From the NCBI RefSeq assembly GCF_009914755.1, contig NC_060925.1: a stretch of 64,000 bases of DNA. One strand, written 5' to 3'. Each line of letters starts with the position of its first letter. The first letter of the stretch is position 1. Origin of the DNA: the human T2T-CHM13v2.0 reference genome, Homo sapiens. The position numbers were made by a program, and so were the translations under genes. The notes under the pieces were generated by a model, which was given only the letters and a program-made list of their open reading frames with translations, did not search any database and was not told the DNA's origin. Shown piece after piece: positions 1-13,169 of this stretch.

Positions 1-1
1 G

Positions 2-318
<317 letters not shown>

Positions 319-329
319 CAGTCTTAGGA

Positions 330-1070
330 TCTTTATCAATTTTGTCAGTCTTTCCAAAGAACCAAGTTTGGGTTTTATTAATTATCTGCACTCTATGTTT
401 TCTTGATATTTTATTAATTTATTCTATTAACTTTACTATTTCCCACCTTCCTATATTTTTAGATGTTTAATTTACTGTTATTCTTAAGAACTGTAAATGA
501 ATGCTTGATTACTTATATCCAGACTTTATTTTTAATTAATATATTCATTTATAGCTATAAACACCTCACAAGTTTGGCTATAAATAGATTTTAGCTATAA
601 ACAAATATAGCTACAAAATTCCCACAAATGTGGCATGTAGCATTTCCATTATTGTTGTTTCAAAAATATGTTTTAATTTGTATTTTGAGTTCTTCTTTGA
701 TCCGGGGGCTGTTTAGAATACTTTTTTCTGAATTTCTAAACATCTGGAATTTTCTAGTTACCTTTATGCCAATTATTTCTTGCTAAATTCCAAATATTTG
801 AAATTTGAAGAAACTCGTATGTTCCATGTGTATTTGAATACAATGTGTGTTTTGCCATTGGTCTGGTGTTCTATAGATGTAAATAAGATAATTTTTTAAA
901 AATCGTATTGTTCAAATGTCCTATATTCTTACTAATTTTGTTACTGCTTGTTCAATGAAAATTTCTCACTATGATTGTAAATGATCTATTTTTGCTTTTA
1001 ATTCTATAAACTTTTACTTAACTTGTATGAGGCTCCATTATTAGTTATGTAACATCTGAGATTATTCTGA
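330..1070 (-). mobile_element. Old L1M ORF2 fragment
   Basis: Degenerate antisense L1 ORF2 phrases (tttatcaattttgtcagtctttccaaagaaccaag; ttgttcaaatgtcctatattcttactaatttt). Confidence 0.6.
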
Positions 1071-1513
1071 GATGGATTTCAGTCCATCTTGGGACCCGTT
1101 AATATCTGATTCATTCTTATTTCTAGGGTGTAACCCTCAGGAACATCTTGCTTGAGGACCTTGATCTTATTTTGGCCCCAAAAGATTGTCAGAATCTATG
1201 GTATGTTTTGAGAACTGGCAGATGCCCCTGAGGAAAAGGCTAGACTCAGCTTTCTGGGTATTTATTGCCCTGGATCTTGACCCCATATTTCTTTACTGCC
1301 TTGTTAACTCTCTGATGCATTTACTTAGAATCTAAAAAAAAAAAAAAAAAAAATCCAGATTTTTAAATCTATTTTCAGTTAGAAGGGTTGGTCTGAATTA
1401 CCTTCATCACCATTAATGAAAGCAGATTTTTAAATATTGCTTATGATTTTATTCCTCCAGAAGTTTCACTTTAGTGTAGACATTTCTTATAATACTTTAT
1501 TTTAAAATTTTAT

Positions 1514-2666
1514 TATGATTATTATTATTATACTATAAGTTCTAGGATACATGTGCACAATGTGCAGGTTTGTTACATACATATACATTTGCCATGCTGG
1601 TGTGCTGCACCCATTAACTCATCATTTACATTAGGTATATCTCCTAATGCTATCCCTCCCCCCTCCCCTCTCCTCCGCCCCCCCATGACAGGCCCCGGTG
1701 TGTGATGTTCCCCATCCTGTGTGCAAGTGTTCTCATTGTTCAATTCCCACTTTTGAGTGAGAACATGCGGTGTTTTGTTTTTTGTCCTTGCGATAGTTTG
1801 CTGAGAATGATGGTTTCCAGCTTCATCCATGTCCCCACAAAGGACATGAACTCATCCTTTTTTGTTGCTGCATAGTATTCCATAGTGTATATGTGCCACA
1901 TTTTCTTAATCCAGTCTATCACTGATGGACATTTGGGTTGGTTCCAAGTCTTTGCTATTGTGAATAGTGCCACAATAAACATACATGTGCTTGTGTCTTT
2001 ATAGCAGCATGATTTATAATCCTTTGGGTATATACCCAGTAATGGGTTGGCTGGGTCAAATGGTATTCCTAGTTCTAGATCCTTGAGGAATCACCACACT
2101 GACTTCCATAATGGTTGAACTAGTTTACAGTCCCAGCAACAGTGTAAAAGTGTTCCTATTTCTCCACATCCTCTCCAGCACCTGTTGTTTCCTGACTTTT
2201 TAATGATCACCATTCTAACTGGTGTGAGATGATATCTCATTGTGGATTTGATTTGCATTTCTCTGATGGCCAGTGATGATGAGCATTTTTTCATGTGTCT
2301 GTTGGCTGCATAAAGGTCTTCTTTTGAGAAGTGTCTGTTCATATCCTTCGCCCACTTTTTGATGGGGTTGTTTGATTTTTTCTTTTAAATTTGTTTAAGT
2401 TCTCTATAGATTCTTGATATTAGCCCTTTGTCAGATGGGTAGATTGCAAATATTTTCTCCCATTCTGTAGGTTGCCTGTTCAATCTGATGGTAGTTTCTT
2501 TTGCTGTGCAGAAGCTCTTTAGTTTAATTAGATCCCATTTGTTAATTTTGACTTTTTTTGCCATTGCTTTTGGTGTTTTAGACAGGAAGTCCTTGCCCAT
2601 GCCTATGTCCTGAATGGTATTGCCTAGGTTTTCTTCTAGGGTTTTTATGGTTTTAGATCTAACATT
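1514..2666 (-). mobile_element. 5'-truncated L1PA (about PA4/PA5): 3' end of ORF2 plus 3'UTR
   Basis: ORF-track pieces 1740-1982, 2091-2342 and 2385-2600 are broken L1 ORF2 C-terminus. Typical L1PA 3'UTR. TSD TTAAAATTTTAT at 1502-1513 and 2665-2676. Confidence 0.92.
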
Positions 2667-2984
2667 AAAATTTTATCATTAGAAAAGTCTTCCCACTCGG
2701 AGAATATCATGAGTATATTATTCTCTTAATTTTTGTTGTATATGTTTTGGTTTCAATTTGTTTTTTATTTAAGTCTTTAATTGAATTGGAATATAATTTG
2801 GTATATAATGTAAGATAAAGATCTAACTCCTTTTGCTCTAAAAGCTTAACCAATTATTCCAACATAATCAGTTTTTACAAATACCACAGTTTACAGTTTA
2901 CTTTTGTTAGCTTTATATTATACTTAATATATTTGGTATATGCCTCTTTTCACTAGGCATTGTCTTCTCAAAATTGTTTCCTTA

Positions 2985-4265
2985 ATACCATATTTAATGG
3001 GGAGAAACTGAAGCTTTCCCAGAACGAGGCAAAAATATCTCTCTCACTACTCGTTCTCAGCATTGTACTGCAAGTCCTAGCTAATGCTATAAGAGAAAAG
3101 AAGGAAATAAAAGGTATATGTATTGGAAAGAAAGAACGAAAATTGTCTTTGTTTGCAGATAACACCGTCATCTATATGAAAAGTCAGAATGAGTAAAAAA
3201 AATTCTTTTGGAATAAGTGCTTATACCAAAGTCATAGGATAGAAAGTCAACACACAAAAGTCAGTTGCTTTTTTATATACAGCAATGAACAAGTGAAATA
3301 TGAAATTAAAACACAATACCATCTATATTAGCATTCCCCCAATGGAATACTTAGGTGTAAGTCTAACAAAATATGTACAAGATCAATATTAGGAAAACTG
3401 CAAAACTGTGATAAAAGAAATCAAATAACTAAGTAAACTCAGAGATATTCACCATTTATAGATAGGAAGATTCAATATTGTCAAGATCTCAGTTTTTCCC
3501 AGCCTGATCCATAGATTCTGTGTAATCCCAATCAAAATATCATCACGTTCTTTTGTGGATATCAACAAAGTGTTTTTGAAGTTTATGTGAACAGGCAAAC
3601 ACACGAATACCTAACACAATATTGAAGGAAAAGAACCAAGTCCAGATGATGAAAGTACTGAACTCCAACTACTATGAAGCTATAGTAATCAAGACAATGT
3701 TGGTATTGGCAAAGAATAGACAAATAGATCAGTGGAACAGAATAGAAAGCTCAGAAATTAACTCATAGAATATAGTCAATTTATCTTTGACAATGAATCA
3801 CAAACAGTACAATGGAGAAAAGACAGTCTCTTCAACAAATGTGCTAGAACAACTGGATATATATGGGCAGGAAAATGAATCTAGACACAGACCTTACACC
3901 CTTCACAAAAAATAGCTCAAAATGGATTATAGACCTAAAGGTAAAACTTAAAACTGTAAGACTTCTAGAAGATTACATAGGAGAAAATCTAGATGACCTT
4001 GGGTTTGGAAGTGCATTTTTTAGCTATAACACCAAAGGCATGATCAATGAGAGAAATCATTGATAAGATTTCATTAAAATTTGAAATTTCTGTTCTCTGA
4101 GAGAAACTGTCAAGAGAATTAGGCAACAAACTGGGAGAAAATATTGGCAAAAAACATAACTGAGAAAAGGCTGTTATCCAAGATGTACAACTATTAATAT
4201 TCAACATAAGAAAATGAATTATCTGATTAAAAAATAAGCAAAAGATGTGGACAGATACCACTTTG
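2985..4265 (+). mobile_element. L1M (MB/MC-type) ORF2 fragment
   Basis: Translations IFNGEKLK, VLANAIREKKEIKGICIGK..LSLFAD and LTPFTKNSSKWIIDL are L1 ORF2 RT and C-terminal motifs, with stops and frameshifts. Confidence 0.85.
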
Positions 4266-4429
4266 GCAACTTTTTTAGTTGAATAGAGATTTTGTTTGAA
4301 ACTATAAATAAGAATACATAAATGAAGAAGTATTAAAATATTTATAGTATTTAGACAGTATTTCCATCGAGGAGTATATTATGCCTGCCTTGAACCATGT
4401 TATCAGCTGGAAATACCAACTCTTTGTAA

Positions 4430-7330
4430 CCGTACACTTAAGCATCCCACTCTGCAACCTGCACGTCTCCAAGCTCAGTCACTTGGTCTATAACCTATTA
4501 TTCAAACACACGGAGATTCTAGTCCCAGGATGACTACACTTTCTCTCTCCAAATTCTCTTTATTTCATCTCTATTTTGACATAGTTTTGACTCTTTAGTA
4601 TGTCACTTTATCCAATGTATCTTCAATATATTCTCAATTACTTTCTCTTTGTTATTCTTAATTACTGTCATGTTCTTTCCCTCTCTCTCTGCCTATGTTA
4701 ACTGTAGAGGAAAGTAAATAATGCATAGATTGATGCTATTAAAGTTAATATTTCTATATTTTATTATTAATTTCTTGTTCTCATTTTATTCAGTAACTAT
4801 TTCTTATCTTTGTCACTTTCCCAAAATCTAACTTCACTATCACCCTTTCAACTCTCAACAGCTGAGCTAGTTTTCTTCTTAAATCACAGAGAATATAGAC
4901 ATCATCAGATGTGAAATTTATCAATTTCTTGTCACCAAATATATAATCATCTTGGCATGTGCACCTATCCTCTTTTTTTCCCTCCAGTGTCCTGCTTCCT
5001 ATAATGGTGATTTCTCTGCCTGTGCATTAGATTACATTGTATTCTGCCTCCATCCATGCATTTATCCATATTTTCTGTATCTCCAACATCTCTCTATTTT
5101 CTTGTTCCTTCCTTCCTCATTTTAACTTCTACAAGAATTTTCTATTAATAGCAAACAACTTTGGATGTCTTCCGTATATATAATCTATTTCTCTGCTATC
5201 CACTGCAAACATTCTTAAAAGAGTTGCCCACTTCCCTATTGGTGGACAGTTTTCAATATTGTGCTATTTCAAACAATAGTAAAATTAGCACATATTTCTA
5301 TATGGTAGATTTACAGAATTCCTATTAATAGGTTGAGAGTTAAGTGTTTAAAGGCATGATACTTACTGCCAAATTGCCTTATAAAATGTCTGTAATGATT
5401 GCCAGCCCATCTACAGTCCAGTTTACCTATACTTGCTACCTTTATTTTGTTATTAGTAACGAATATTATTTAATCTAAAATCTAAATGTTTTAATCTAAA
5501 ATCTGAAATTTTCTGTCAATCATTTTTAATTGTACATGCTTTTGATTAATCATTTTACTTCAGTTTCAATTTTTTATTGATTAATAATATTGGGCACCTT
5601 TCCAAATATTCATTGGCTATTTCTTTTTCTATTAGATGCCTATTTTCTATCTTTTACCCTTTTATTTTTATATTTCTTGGAGCCATTTGTGAATAAATAT
5701 TATAATTTTTTTCTTTTTTAATTGCTTGATATACCAAATAAAGTTGAAATTTCTGCTGTGTGAAAGAAACTGTCAAAAGAATTAGACAAGCAACAAACTA
5801 GGAGAAAATATTGGCCAAATACATGATGTATAAGCAATTTTGTAAAAATTTTGTAAAAATTGCTTATATAGCCAGATCTGTAACTTCTTCTTTTTGGCTT
5901 TTGGGTTACATGCTTTAAAAATCACTCCTTTTGAGGAAATTGTGTACATTGACTGCCTGCACTTCTTTTTTTCATTTTTTTTTATTGAACCTTAATAGAA
6001 GTACATATTTTCAGAGTACCTGTGATAATTTTATACATCCATATAATGTGTACAGATCAAATCAGGGTAATTGGAATGTCTATCACCTTAAATATCTTTT
6101 CTTTATGTCTGCACTTTTCGAAACCCTATTATACCTTAATTCACTGCAATGTGGATTTCTGTCTTCACTGGTCGACTTAACTTGCCCTTACCAAGGCTGC
6201 AAATGACCAAAGTAAGCACATTTTCTATGAAATTTTTTTTTCTGCTGTTTTACATGATACCATATCCTACCCATTTTGGTCCTTGCTTTCTGACTACTCC
6301 TCAGTCTTTACACGCCTTGAACTCAAATCATCTCATTGTTGATATTCTTCAGAGTTTTGCCATAGGACAGCATCTCTCCTCATTTTTTAAAACTCTGACT
6401 TGTAGCTACAAGGTTTATCTCAAGGTGTGATGTCATCTTGATGATTGTGGATGGGGGTGATGTTCTAGTTTTGTTTGACATCATTATGGCCAGGGCCCCA
6501 GGGAGGCCAAGGTCCTCCCCCAACAGTCGCTTCTTTCCCCTCTCCGTAAAGCCCCATGAGAGCTTTTTTGGCAAGAGTTGCCAAAAAGTAAAGAGAAAAT
6601 GCCATTTTGTTATCAAAGGTGGGCTGGTGTGAGATAACCCTCAATGCAGAGCTCTGTTCAATTAGATAATAGTGAAGTGTTTAGGCTTCTTCTACCACTT
6701 TTCCTAAAAGCCCGATCTCTACCTTTGGATCTTACTACACTCTAGCTGGCTGCTTGATAAACTCAAACTCATAATCATCCTGCTCAGTGTGTTCAGAGTC
6801 TGTTTTCAACTCTCTTGCCAGAGTATACATCTTAATCTTAAATCTGATCATGTCTGTTTCCTACTCATATCACTCCAAAGCCTCCCTTGTTGACTTAAGG
6901 TTTAAATAAAAACCTTTATCATGTCTTACAAGACTTTCTGATTTAAAGTCTTTCCTCCTTTTCCAATACAGCCTCTTTTTAAATTTTTAAATATTTTTCT
7001 TCTCTCTGCATCAGCCAGTCTGAATCTTTAGGTTATCTAATAAAATGTCTTCTCTATAACCTTAGTGACTTTGTGCAAGCTGTTCCCTCTGGCTAGGACC
7101 CCATGCATTTCTTCCTGTGGCAAGTGGCCACTCCCATGTGCCCACAGCACCCATTGTTTCCCTCCATCCCTCCAGCAATGATCACATTATATTGTACTTC
7201 CCCAGATACTTCACATTGTAGCTTCCACACTAGACTCTGAGCTATGTGAGGATAGGACACAGTTTTGTCCTCAGCACCTAGCACAATACTTGCACTGTGA
7301 TATATGGCTTATAAATATTTATTAAATTTA
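4430..7330 (+). mobile_element. Fragmented L2 LINE with later insertions
   Basis: L2-like segments at about 4850-5240, 6120-6420 and 6700-7330. Ends in an L2 3' motif (cctcagcacctagcacaatacttgcac...ataaatatttatt). Confidence 0.55.
5965..6125 (-). mobile_element. L1MA 3'UTR terminal fragment
   Basis: Poly(T) followed by gtacatattttcagagtacctgtgataattttatacatcc...gatcaaatcagggtaattgg, typical of antisense L1MA 3' ends. Confidence 0.7.
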
Positions 7331-7624
7331 CAGTTAGCTGAGTGCCAAGTACTCCCTTATAGCATTTTAAATTTTCTCTATCATTCCTTCTAAATTGTAT
7401 TTAATTTTGATTAATCATTTTATGTAATTAGAGAGATAAAGCCCACTTTACTGATTTTATTTTTCAAGAAGCCATTTTACATTAATTTTCCCTTTAACGT
7501 CTTTTAGTACTCCAAATCACTGTTCTATTATCATCATATTTTGTTCTCTTCTCATAGTGTTTTGCCCCACTGTGGTTATTTGTTGACTTGGGTTTATTGA
7601 GTGAGTGAGTGATTGAGTTAATGA

Positions 7625-7760
7625 GTAAATGCCTCTCACTTTTCCCCAAGCAGACACTAAGTGCCATCCAAGCAAGTACCGAATTTATCTTGTTCATTAT
7701 TGGAGTCTCAGTGACTAGAATAATGACTATATATGGGATTAATGAATAAATATGTAATTT
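7625..7760 (+). mobile_element. L2 3' end fragment
   Basis: atcttgttcattattggagtctcagtgactagaataatgac...aataaatatgt resembles the L2 terminus. Confidence 0.5.
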
Positions 7761-8344
7761 TATGACTACCATTTTGCTAAGTAGTTTCTAATTTTAGAAG
7801 TAAAATTAATTAAAAATTAAATAGTTTTAATTTTCTCTTTGGTCCAAGAGTTAAGTAGAGCATTTCTATAATTTCCAAATAATTGAAAGTTTTTTCTTTC
7901 CTTTTTGCTTTGTATTAATACTTTGTAATTTTAATGCAATGAGATCACAGAAATAGAGTATTTACAATTGTACTATTGAAAACTTGTTAAGTCTTTCTTT
8001 GTGGGATAATATCTGAGTAATATTTTTAAATCTTCCATGATTACTTCATAAAGTTTCCATAAGATACCAAGTTTGACCTGGAACTATTAAATCAACAATA
8101 ATATAATATCCAGGTGTCATTCCTTATATATTTTTTGTTTACAAGTTCTGTAAAATGCTTTCTTAAAAAATGAGTTAAATCTACAATTACTGTCCTTTTT
8201 ATTTTAATTTTCTTGATTCCAACACTTATACAGATTATATGTTAATGTCCTGTTATTGTTAAAGATTAATGATTATGGAATAACTTTATCTTTTTATCAA
8301 AATTATATTACTGTATCTGTCCAATTTAAGGTGATTTGCTTTAA

Positions 8345-8705
<361 letters not shown>

Positions 8706-9024
8706 TAAAAACTCTTTTTATTATTTTACTTATTTATTTTTTAATCTAGGGCCTGCCATGGGGCTAGCAGACCCCTCACCCTGGCAAGAGGAAATAATTC
8801 TTAAATAATATTATCTTAATGTTTGATTTCTTTTTTTCTTCTTGTTTGCTGATATATTTTTGTCTAAACTTTACATTTAATCTTTCCTGTCATTTTGTTT
8901 TGAGTGTGACCCTTATAAATAGCTTATAGTTGTACTTTGTTTTCTGATCCAGTCTGAGTCTTTTCAACATGTTAGAAGAATTTAACTCACTTATACTTAG
9001 TGACATTAAAGCTAATATTTAATA

Positions 9025-9270
9025 AAAAATTAACATTTTGAAAGTACTTACAATCTGTCATGTGCTACTCTAATTTTATCTATTAATACATTTAATTTTT
9101 ATAATAGTCCAACTAGATAAAGAGTATGAATATACTCATTTTACAGATATGGAAACTGAGACATAAAAAGATTATAAGTGATTTGTTAAGGTCACAAGAG
9201 TAAAACGTGAAAGAGCCATGAAGTGTTCCTAAGTAGTCTGGCTCTAGAGCTTGCTATAGCTACAAGCTAT
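9025..9270 (-). mobile_element. MIR SINE
   Basis: MIR core cattttacagatatggaaactgagac...gtgatttgttaaggtcaca. Confidence 0.75.
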
Positions 9271-9894
9271 ATTGTCATCTAATTTTATGTTGATTTTGAA
9301 AACTTTAGATAATACATTATATATTCATGCGGTCTGCAAGATCTTTGAGATAATCATTTTAAAATGTTGCAGATAGATTCCTTAAGAATCTGTTTTCCCA
9401 TGTGGCCCAGCTCTTCTGTGACAGTTTTCATCTATGCTTTGAGTCCTAAAAATACTTCTTGGTTCTGGAAGAATAATGCTGTTCATACCTGATTTATGAT
9501 TCTATTGAAACCTTGTAACTTTTATGTTTTCCGGATAAGCAGATGCTCACTCTGTCAACCTAACTATGAATTCCATTAGATTTCTGTTCCTTTATGTCTA
9601 TGAAATCCAAATTACCCTTTCTCTCTTAGCTTTGAGCTCTGGTTGTATGTACACAATTCCTGTGACCACCTTTCTTAGGGTACTTTGGACATGGCACAAT
9701 GCAGCCACTGGCATCTCAGCTTCTGGGATGGTTTTTAAACTTAAAGATGATTACAGAAAGCCAGTGATCCTAATGACAGAGTCAGACTGGGCCGCAGACT
9801 GAAGCACACATAAAAGAAAATTTGACTGAGCGGAAAATTGAGAAGTGAGAAGCAGAAAATGTCTGACATTCAAGTATTTAAAATTGCTTGTTTA

Positions 9895-10244
9895 AACTTT
9901 TTATTTTAAGTTCAAGGATATATGTGCAGGTTTGTTACATAGACAAAGTTGTGTTACGGGGGTTTGTTGTACAGATTATTTCATCAGGCTAATACCCATA
10001 ACTTGTTTTCCTGATCTCTTCCCTCCTCCACCCTCCACCCTCCAAAAGGCACCAGCGTTTGTTCCCCTCTATGTGTCCTTGTGCTCTCATCATTTAGCTC
10101 CCACTTATAAATGAGAACATGCAGTGTTTGGTTTTCTGTTCCTGTGTTCATTTGCTAAGGATAATGTCCTCCAGCTCCATCCATGTCCCTGCAAAGAACA
10201 TGATCTCATTCTTATTTATGGCTGCATAGTATTCCATGGTGTAT
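9895..10244 (-). mobile_element. L1PA13-16-type 3'UTR fragment
   Basis: aacttttattttaagttca..gtgcaggtttgttacatag..gggggtttgttgtacagattatttcatc..catttagctcccacttataa. Confidence 0.85.
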
Positions 10245-11366
10245 TTAGTGTTTGCTTTAAGCTTAGCGAAAGTGATTAATCCATAACTACCAAAAGACTA
10301 AAAAGAATTCTATTAAAACTGCTTTTTAACAATGTTTATTATGGCAGTAATAATTTTGGTGCATTGAATTTAAAAGGATAATGCAGTTATTTTGAGAATC
10401 TAAAATAGATAATAGATAAGGTCAAAAAGCAAAAATCAGAGGTAATAAATGGTATAGATAACCAAACAATGCAAACTTTGTATTTTTGACAAAAAAAGAT
10501 TTTTTAATTGTTTATCCATCTAAAATGCTTTTGTAATAAAAATAATTGGAATTTTTCCTGTTGAAATTTATTTTACAGACCACATTTTCAATATAATCTT
10601 TTTATGATGTCCGGATTTTAAAAATAATAACAATTTAGAACAAAGGATAATGTTTGCTCACAGAAAACAACCAAAAGTTGATAGTGTGCTTGCACAACCT
10701 AGCAATATACTCCAGTACCTATGAAACTAATGCAATTAAAGATATATCAAAATAAGATACACATCACATTACTGATGTTTTTTTAAAAAAATAGTATGTC
10801 AATATTAATGGCATGAATCATAGAAAATCATCTAATAGCAGATATTAAATTAGTGAAAATGAGCAAAACACATATCAATTTTTACCTAAATCATGCAGAT
10901 ATTAGTAAATAAATTAACAATTTCCCTTAATAAATGGGATTTGTTCATCTTTTTAAGTTGGTAGGTAAAATATTAAATTGAAAAAGTTTGTTTAGGACAT
11001 ATTCATTGAATGATTGAATAAATGAATGAATACCAAACCTACTTCCTGGTTTCAAAGAATCTACCATGCATCAATTCAATAGTACCTAGGATAAGTGTAG
11101 AGTTTTATATTTCTTGAAAAAAGAATGGCCAGATTTGTGTTTTCAGGTCATGCAACCACATATGTGATTCTATTCAGTTCCGTTCAATTCTAAATCTATT
11201 GAGAAATTTTTATGTTACTTGTATATGACAGTTTCATCTGTTAGGCATTTTTCTTAGGCAAAATGAGAATTCAAAGTCCAGCTGCATTTTAGAATATATT
11301 CTCCTCACCAATAAATTCAAAAAATGAGTTCTACTATCACTACAAATCCAGAGGATTTTACATCCA

Positions 11367-11400
11367 GGCACAGACACACACACACACACACAGAGACAGA
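11367..11400. repeat. (CA)n microsatellite
   Basis: Directly visible gacacacacacacacacacacagagacag. Confidence 0.9.
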
Positions 11401-11469
11401 TACATTTTGTAGTTAGCAAGTAGGAGGATTAAAGGCTATGGTTATCTAAACACCTTCTGTAATCTTGTA

Positions 11470-12230
11470 ATCATTTTTTTTCTTATTATGGCTGTTCAGA
11501 AGTTCCAGCAAAATGTTAAATACAAATGGTGATAATGGATTCATTTATTTTGTTTTTGGCTATAAAGGGAATGTTTCTTATGTTCACCATTAACCATGAT
11601 ATTTGTTTCTTTAACCTTTCTCAGGTCAAAGAAATTTCGGTATTCCTCATTTGTTGACAAATAAAGACCTCAGAGTTGAAATTCACCTAAAATATTTCTG
11701 CACATGTTGAAGTGGTTGTATTATTTTTATCCTTTAATATATTCATTGGAGGAATTACAATGGACAGTCTAGTGTTAAACCAACCATGCAGTCTGGAATA
11801 CTTGGAAACTTATATTGATCATAAAAGATATAAATATTTATATCTGACTGGATTTAATTTGCTAATATTTTATTCATGATGTTTCAACTTTGTTTATGAA
11901 TGAAATTAGACTCTAATTTTCTTCTCTCATATTGCCCTTGTTGTGTTCTTTGGTATAAAAGTTACAGTGACTTCGTATTAGTTGGGAAACTCTCTCTTCA
12001 CTTCCTTCGCCTTCACCCTTCTCTCTTTCTCTCTCTCTCTCTCTTCCCCTCCCCCGCTCCCCCGCACACAGAGTTTATATAAGGTGGGTTAACTAAACAC
12101 CTAGATTCAGTGCGGGGATTTAGGGTGGCATTTGTTTCATTTTGAGGAGGTAGGTTTTAAACTACTGAATAAATGTCTTTAATAGCTCTAAATAAATTTA
12201 GGTGGTTTTCTAATTCTTCTTTGAGTTTGT
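11470..12230 (-). mobile_element. Old L1M ORF2 fragment containing a CT-rich tract (about 12020-12060)
   Basis: Antisense ORF2 phrases (aaatgttaaatacaaatggtgataatgg; tgttaaaccaaccatgcagtctggaata; ggatttaatttgctaatattttatt). Confidence 0.6.
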
Positions 12231-12369
12231 TTCACGTCAATGTCTCACACTGTTTTTATATTTTCCATAAAAAGTATTATTGTCTTTACATATTCATATT
12301 AAAAATAATTTTGTCCTAAGTCTTGGGGTTAATTCTAAATAAATATTTGAGCATTGCAGAGTTGGAAAA

Positions 12370-12590
12370 AAGAGTAGCAATACAAGACTGCTAGTTAGAA
12401 GACCTGATCTCTTATCACATCCCACAACCCACTTATCACAACTAAACATGGAGGCTTTGGCAAGATATTTAATCTTACCAGTTCTATTTCTACCTAAAAT
12501 TTTGGAAAATTGACTGGATTTTTGGGGAATTAAATGAGGTAATTTATTTAAAAGTCAAATAGTATTCCTCAGGGTTATGAAATACACGTT
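12370..12590 (+). mobile_element. MIR SINE (degenerate)
   Basis: tttggcaagatatttaatctt...ggaattaaatgaggtaat. Confidence 0.5.
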
Positions 12591-12726
12591 AATTCTCTTT
12601 TCCTTTCTTTTCTTTCATGACTATTTGTAAGCATCTATTCTGTTAAATAGCTTTACCTTATGTAATCCATCTCCCTGTAACTAATATATTTTACTTAATT
12701 ACACAGAATCATTTTAATATGTCAAC

Positions 12727-13169
12727 TGTTGATTTTCTAAAGGACAAAGAATGTTTTTTAAAGATAAGCAGAGACTTGATGAAGCAAAGCTGAATTTCTT
12801 AAGCCTAGTGCAGTAAAAGAAAATGCCACCTTGAGATAATCTTAGTATTAGTCCAGAATAGAAAGGTGACACATTTTTAGGGTTTAAGAGCCTCGCCTGA
12901 GATTTTAAGGCCAGTTTTGCAAAGAGAGAGAAAGGGTGGGATTGGAGGGCACAATGAAGTGAGTCTTGATGAGCAATATGTTAGTGTCAAGAAAAGAAAT
13001 TTTGGGTTAGTTTACAGAATTATCTTTCAGAAGCAAATATTTCTTAGAGAATAGCCAAGTTTATTTTGTTTGTTCTCAATTTTAATATAAAGATGGGAAA
13101 GTATGCACTGTCTCAATGTTGCTTAATTTAAATACAAGAAAGTAATCCAGCTCTCAGTAGCGTTTAACA
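12727..13169 (-). mobile_element. Putative 3' LTR of the adjacent ancient ERV
   Basis: TGTTGA...TTAACA termini, LTR-like length, located directly downstream (minus strand) of the env remnant. No clear PPT or TSD. Confidence 0.4.

Noticed and set aside
6568-6584. TTGGC...GCCAA as an NFI site
   Set aside because: The spacer is 7 nt rather than the required 5.
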